Below are positions 16,421-20,000 of a stretch of 20,000 bases of DNA, piece after piece. Below the pieces are notes generated by a model. That model was given only the letters and a program-made list of their open reading frames with translations, had not been told where the DNA came from and made no database searches. The stretch lies in the IMG/VR virus record IMGVR_UViG_3300030110_001396. The stretch is one strand, 5' to 3'. Numbering within the stretch: the first letter of the stretch is position 1; each line of letters starts with the position of its first letter. The position numbers and the translations under genes were made by a program. This DNA comes from an uncultured virus (IMG/VR IMGVR_UViG_3300030110_001396) (Duplodnaviria; Heunggongvirae; Uroviricota; Caudoviricetes).

Positions 16421-16425
16421 TCTAT

Positions 16426-16462
16426 TAAGTGCACAGCGATGATCGTTGTGCACTTATTTTTT
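16426..16462 (+). terminator. Rho-independent terminator
   Basis: TAAGTGCACAGCGAT (16426-16440) pairs with ATCGTTGTGCACTTA (16442-16456) with one G-U pair, followed by a T6 run, just after the stop at 16420. Confidence 0.85.
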
Positions 16463-16473
16463 AGGGGGAAACT

Positions 16474-16677
16474 ATGGATATAGAAATAACTAAACAAAAT
16501 GGATTAGTATGTAAAACCAACGTAGCAGTTTTAGCACGACACGTAATACATGCAATGTTAAAAGATCCATTTATTGAAATTAAAAACGAGGACGCTGAGC
16601 TTTTCGAAAAAGCAGTACATAATGTTATGTATGAAGCCCTCGATAATCTTATAGAGGAAAAAGATGGCACAAGTTAA
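16474..16677 (+). CDS. Hypothetical protein (67 aa)
   Basis: AGGGGG RBS; overlaps the next ORF. Confidence 0.65.
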   Translation: MDIEITKQNGLVCKTNVAVLARHVIHAMLKDPFIEIKNEDAELFEKAVHNVMYEALDNLIEEKDGTS

Positions 16678-16981
16678 ATATGCAACCGTTGAGATATTAG
16701 AAAATCTAACACAAAAAGCCGAAGACTCCAACAAAAACAGATATCCTGACGTAGGAGTTGTTAACGGAGTTTTATTAGACTTAGGCTACGATTTAGAAAA
16801 AGTCAAACTTCCGATTACTTACACACTCGACCATAACGGTATGGAAGTTCGAGCTATGTTTGTAATTCCTGGACCAGATCCAGAACAGAATGAAAGGTTC
16901 TTTTTAGATATGGAATATGAAGATTATAACAATCTACCGCACGTAGATTTACCTGACAATATTATGTCAGACGAATTATGA
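16664..16981 (+). CDS. Acidic hypothetical protein (105 aa)
   Basis: GAGG RBS; ATGA coupling to the next ORF. Confidence 0.7.
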   Translation: MAQVKYATVEILENLTQKAEDSNKNRYPDVGVVNGVLLDLGYDLEKVKLPITYTLDHNGMEVRAMFVIPGPDPEQNERFFLDMEYEDYNNLPHVDLPDNIMSDEL

Positions 16982-17190
16982 TCTATCGATTATTAACAGC
17001 GTTTATACTTACAGGCTGTGCGACATACGTTCCAGAAACCAAAGAATGGAACGATAAATACGACCCTGCTGATTGGCGTAAGCAGTTTGAAGAATGTCGG
17101 GATAAGTTTTATGTACATTATCCTGATGAAGTAAACCCTAACGATTGGCATAAATGTATGGAGCGGGATTATGAACTTAAAGAAAGCTAA
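16978..17190 (+). CDS. Putative small lipoprotein
   Basis: MIYRLLTAFILTG-C: basic residue, hydrophobic stretch and LTGC lipobox; two further Cys in the mature part. Confidence 0.6.
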   Translation: MIYRLLTAFILTGCATYVPETKEWNDKYDPADWRKQFEECRDKFYVHYPDEVNPNDWHKCMERDYELKES

Positions 17191-17359
17191 ATTATTACGC
17201 AAAGTGTTAGCAACAGGTGGAGCTGATTGGCAAGACGCTAAACACGTACAAACCAAAGATCGGTTTGGCAATCTACTCCCTACGATCTTTTTAGATCCAA
17301 AGTGCGGTCGTGCAATATACCGAAGAACAAAAGCAATGGCACGAATGCGGGGGTCTTAA
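17171..17359 (+). CDS. Small basic hypothetical protein (62 aa)
   Basis: GGAG upstream; MNLKKAKLLRK start; ends immediately before promoter P6. Confidence 0.65.
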   Translation: MNLKKAKLLRKVLATGGADWQDAKHVQTKDRFGNLLPTIFLDPKCGRAIYRRTKAMARMRGS

Positions 17360-17361
17360 TA

Positions 17362-17395
17362 GTGCTTTACTTTGCTAACTTTCGTACTTTATACT
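17362..17395 (+). promoter_or_regulatory. Promoter P6
   Basis: GTGC-TTTACT (17366-17371), 18-bp spacer, TATACT (17390-17395). Confidence 0.7.
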
Positions 17396-17401
17396 ATAAG
17401 T

Positions 17402-17640
17402 ATGTTTACTAGAACAAGTTTGATAAGTCCAGAGAGATTCATATGATTACTCCATTAAATAATGATACCGAGCGGGATTTTTTAGTTAGACCGCTCACCT
17501 CTCTGGCACAAAACGTGGTACTTTTCAAAGGTTGGTTTGATCAGCCAATACCTAGATTAAATTCGGGGTTTGATAAGGGAGAAGCTAAGTTAGTCAGTTA
17601 AAACATTTGCATACCGAGACTGATAAGCCACACTTTTTAC
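17402..17640 (+). ncRNA. Candidate structured RNA / long 5' leader (alternatively two small ORFs)
   Basis: Nested complementary stems (17429-17436/17499-17506, 17470-17475/17491-17496, 17515-17519/17627-17631, 17532-17537/17543-17548, 17594-17598/17619-17623) right after P6; no ORF of 60 aa or more. Confidence 0.4.
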
Positions 17641-17667
17641 AGTTTATTAATAAGAAAGGAGAAATAG

Positions 17668-17919
17668 ATGGATAAAGAAATAATGCAAATGATCGATACG
17701 CTTACTCAAAGCCTCGATTTATTAGTTGATACGCAACGTAAAACACAGGCGTTTATGCAATCGCAACTCGATGTGAATAAAATGTTGATACAACGTATTA
17801 AAAAACTCGAGGTCGAAGCCAACGTAGTCAAAACAGAAGAACCTGTTGCGATTAACGATATCTTCGATACGATGATTAACCGTTTGAAAAAAGAAGGCGA
17901 CGATGCCACGAAAAGCTAA
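17668..17919 (+). CDS. Coiled-coil hypothetical protein (83 aa)
   Basis: AGAAAGGAGAAATAG-ATG RBS; heptad pattern. Confidence 0.75.
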   Translation: MDKEIMQMIDTLTQSLDLLVDTQRKTQAFMQSQLDVNKMLIQRIKKLEVEANVVKTEEPVAINDIFDTMINRLKKEGDDATKS

Positions 17920-18151
17920 ACGAAAGTTTGACTTAAATCCTGTAGAACGAGCTGTTGCGACGGTCGCTATAGCTTTAGAGCCTTATATAGCTGATCAAAC
18001 GTCTGAAGAATATTTAGCACGTATGGATCGTAATAGACTACAACGCTCTATTGGATTATTATTTGATACATTAGAAGCCGATGACGTTATCGATTATGAC
18101 AAAATAATGGATGCTATGTTAGAAGGTTTCGATTATAAGGAGGACTTATGA
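17903..18151 (+). CDS. Hypothetical protein (82 aa)
   Basis: AGAAGG upstream; overlaps both neighbours. Confidence 0.7.
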   Translation: MPRKAKRKFDLNPVERAVATVAIALEPYIADQTSEEYLARMDRNRLQRSIGLLFDTLEADDVIDYDKIMDAMLEGFDYKEDL

Positions 18152-18368
18152 CACAACATAAGAAAGTAAAAATAACTTGGTGGAGTGAAGAATTAGACAA
18201 ATATCACAGGGGTATGGGGTCTGAAGAATCTATATGCAAAGATAATGAGGGTATGCCTTTTGGTATCGCTCAACTTGATGACGACACTATATGTGAAGAT
18301 ATAGAATGGTTTGCTACCGAACAAGAGAGAGATAATAATTTTTAGGAGGACTTATGACACAACATAAG
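18138..18368 (+). repeat. 25-bp perfect direct repeat (RBS plus first five codons) bracketing a 65-aa ORF
   Basis: AGGAGGACTTATGACACAACATAAG at 18138-18162 and 18344-18368. Confidence 0.9.
18148..18345 (+). CDS. Acidic hypothetical protein (65 aa, starts MTQHK)
   Basis: AGGAGG RBS. Confidence 0.7.
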   Translation: MTQHKKVKITWWSEELDKYHRGMGSEESICKDNEGMPFGIAQLDDDTICEDIEWFATEQERDNNF

Positions 18369-18527
18369 GCAGTCGTTGAGCAACAACGCAAAAAACTTGC
18401 ACAAGAAGAAGATAATAACAAACTAGTTTCATATTATTTTCAAAAAAGTCCAACAACGCATTATCGTGAACTTAAATATAAAAGCGGTCGAGTTGTTACA
18501 ACAGACTTGAGTGGCAAAGATGAGTGA
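18354..18527 (+). CDS. Hypothetical protein (57 aa, starts MTQHK); not in the ORF track
   Basis: AGGAGG RBS; MTQHKAVVEQQRKKLAQEEDNNKLVSYYFQKSPTTHYRELKYKSGRVVTTDLSGKDE*; fills the gap and overlaps the next start. Confidence 0.7.
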   Translation: MTQHKAVVEQQRKKLAQEEDNNKLVSYYFQKSPTTHYRELKYKSGRVVTTDLSGKDE

Positions 18528-18765
18528 TTTTAATATGATGGGTGCTGTAGGTTATAGAATCTCACATACGGACGAATCACAAGATTATCCGATTGCTACC
18601 ATTAAAATAGCATTTAAGATGCCTGAGGGTGAAAACGGTCGAATCGAAATGTTTCACGTTCATGAAGCTTTACGCAGGATGATCGATAAAAAACAAATAT
18701 CTTTTGATTTAAGTCTACCACCTACCGAACCACCAAAAACTTGGAATAATGATGAAAGTAATTAA
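18520..18765 (+). CDS. Hypothetical protein (about 81 aa)
   Basis: Likely ATG 18520, overlapping the upstream stop (ATGAGTGA); the track uses GTG 18511. Confidence 0.6.
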   Translation: MSDFNMMGAVGYRISHTDESQDYPIATIKIAFKMPEGENGRIEMFHVHEALRRMIDKKQISFDLSLPPTEPPKTWNNDESN

Positions 18766-19057
18766 TGATATCGTTGATTGGGCGGAAGTACGTGGATTAA
18801 TCTACGGACAAGATATACAACCTGAAAAACAGATGTTAAAACTTGTAGAAGAAGTCGGTGAAACAGCTCGAGCTCTCGCCTACGATGATGCACCTGGATT
18901 AAAAGACGGGATAGGGGATTGTATTGTTTGTTTGATCGTTTTAGCTGAACAAAAAGGTTTAACGCTCGAGGAATGCATGCAAGCCGCCTATGATGAGATA
19001 TCTGGTCGTACAGGTCGATTGGAAAACGGTTTATGGAAGAAACAAGAAGACCTCTAG
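18749..19057 (+). CDS. MazG-like nucleoside triphosphate pyrophosphohydrolase
   Basis: WAEVRGL...QMLKLVEEVGE...DGIGD...AYDEISGRTG; EExxE and D-x-x-x-D metal-binding pattern. Confidence 0.85.
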   Translation: MMKVINDIVDWAEVRGLIYGQDIQPEKQMLKLVEEVGETARALAYDDAPGLKDGIGDCIVCLIVLAEQKGLTLEECMQAAYDEISGRTGRLENGLWKKQEDL

Positions 19058-19076
19058 GTTTCTTGCCTTCTAGTAC

Positions 19077-19107
19077 TGCTTTACTTCGCGGTACTCTTAG
19101 GCATACT
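19077..19107 (+). promoter_or_regulatory. Promoter P7
   Basis: TGC-TTTACT (19080-19085), 16-bp spacer, CATACT (19102-19107). Closely similar to P5, including TAGGCATACTTGTA. Confidence 0.65.
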
Positions 19108-19157
19108 TGTATTAGTTATTAAATGGTTTAATAACATTAACTAGAAAGGAGAAAGAT

Positions 19158-19505
19158 ATGGATATTGAAAAAATCCAACAACAGGTGGCTGACCTTAAAA
19201 CTAATGTCAGTTTATTAGAACATGCTACAGTCAGCGAATTTAATTCAGACTTACTGACTTCATTACATCGTATTACCGATGTTTTAGATGATTTACAGCC
19301 TCGAGTAATCGATCCTGCTGATTTATCGAAAGAAGCCGAGCAAAAAGTACTTAATACATTATCTGAGCTAACTGCTCGTATCGATAATATAGAAGCTCGT
19401 GAGTACACTGAAGAAGGTATCGAAGAGATCGCCAAAACTGCTATCCAAAATATGGACTTCAGTGCTGAGTTAAATGACGGTAGTTTATCAGTGTGGGCAG
19501 GATGA
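19158..19505 (+). CDS. Acidic helical hypothetical protein (115 aa)
   Basis: AGAAAGGAGAAAGAT-ATG RBS; first gene after P7. Confidence 0.75.
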   Translation: MDIEKIQQQVADLKTNVSLLEHATVSEFNSDLLTSLHRITDVLDDLQPRVIDPADLSKEAEQKVLNTLSELTARIDNIEAREYTEEGIEEIAKTAIQNMDFSAELNDGSLSVWAG

Positions 19506-19894
19506 TACACGGACTACTTATAGACCCGTTCGAGCTAAGTACTTCAAGAGTAGAGTTGTCAGAAGACTCTACTCTAGCTGACGCTAAGAAATTTATGCAA
19601 CTTGAAGGACCTATTGATATTGTTACATTAAGTGATAATACGATGGTCATAGTTGACGATGAAGCATTACTTAAAAACGATATGCGATATTTCAAACTAT
19701 CCGAGTTTCATCAGCCATTAGCAAATCGAGCCATCGTTGTTGGTTATGATGAAGATGGTGCGACTACTAGTCTTCCATTTCAGGAAGCTTTCTGGGATAG
19801 TTATATAGCAACTATTGAGTGGATGCCTGAGGATCATGTCGAAGAACCTTATATGAAGTTTATACCAATACCTGATGAGAAGGAGGTGCACTGA
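19502..19894 (+). CDS. DUF3846-like protein
   Basis: Start likely ATG 19502 (ATGA overlap). LLIDP...IDIV...MVIVDDEALL...LANRAIVVGYDEDGATTSL resembles DUF3846. Confidence 0.6.
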   Translation: MIHGLLIDPFELSTSRVELSEDSTLADAKKFMQLEGPIDIVTLSDNTMVIVDDEALLKNDMRYFKLSEFHQPLANRAIVVGYDEDGATTSLPFQEAFWDSYIATIEWMPEDHVEEPYMKFIPIPDEKEVH

Positions 19895-20000
19895 TGGGAT
19901 TAGATTGTTATGTTGTACACGGTAATGACCGCGAAAAAGATTTTACGCACGAAGATGAACCACGTATAAAAGATATTAATTTATGTGGAGGCATGATGAG
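19894..20000 (+). CDS. Partial hypothetical protein (MGLDCYVV...), runs off the window
   Basis: AAGGAGG RBS, TGATG coupling, open to the window end. Confidence 0.65.
   Translation, partial: MGLDCYVVHGNDREKDFTHEDEPRIKDINLCGGMM

Noticed and set aside
17402..17640. Possible CRISPR-like or TIGR-like guide array, tRNA or hammerhead ribozyme
   Set aside because: The repeats are short and irregularly spaced. No cloverleaf/TTC loop or CUGANGA-GAAA core was found, and no Cas or Nop-domain gene is in the window.
19158..19505. DNA-mimic (Ocr/Arn-like) protein
   Set aside because: Net acidic, but not distinct from other small ORFs here, and no family motif; needs structure prediction.
2553..19695. Minus-strand ORFs in the track (e.g. 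2553-2834, 5184-5477, 12531-12992, 16015-16335, 19112-19510)
   Set aside because: All are antisense shadows of well-supported plus-strand genes, with no recognisable motifs or convincing RBS.
1..20000. Possible avoidance of GC-rich 4-bp palindromes (GGCC, CCGG, GCGC)
   Set aside because: They seemed scarce by eye, but I cannot count them reliably. An observed/expected k-mer analysis is needed.

Overview
AT-rich dsDNA bacteriophage genome segment (no structural genes in the window) covering replication, nucleotide modification and early/accessory genes. A partial SNF2-type helicase on the minus strand (1-1076) diverges from an origin-like, palindrome-rich intergenic region. The plus strand then carries a replication block (SSB-like protein, AEP primase, AlkB-like 2OG-Fe(II) oxygenase, UvrD-like helicase). 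Next is a promoter-led operon with a pyrimidine-dimer-glycosylase-like protein, a class I SAM methyltransferase, an aGPT-Pplase1/5hmdU-DNA-kinase-helical-family protein, a dUMP-hydroxymethylase-like thymidylate synthase homolog, an Nmad1/DUF1599-like protein, a Lys-rich protein and a family A DNA polymerase (Leu762 type). After that come a VRR-NUC nuclease, DUF932, a MazG-like protein and many small ORFs. Seven copies of a conserved GCTTTACTT-N-TAnnnT promoter and a shared AGAAAGGAGAAA ribosome-binding motif punctuate the window. The best candidate for a new system is a thymidine (5hmdU) hypermodification pathway with a methyltransferase in place of the known PLP/radical-SAM/clade-2 transferase enzymes. 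A separately promoted, structured ~240-nt RNA or small-ORF locus is a second candidate. All family assignments come from motif recognition by eye; no database searches were run.
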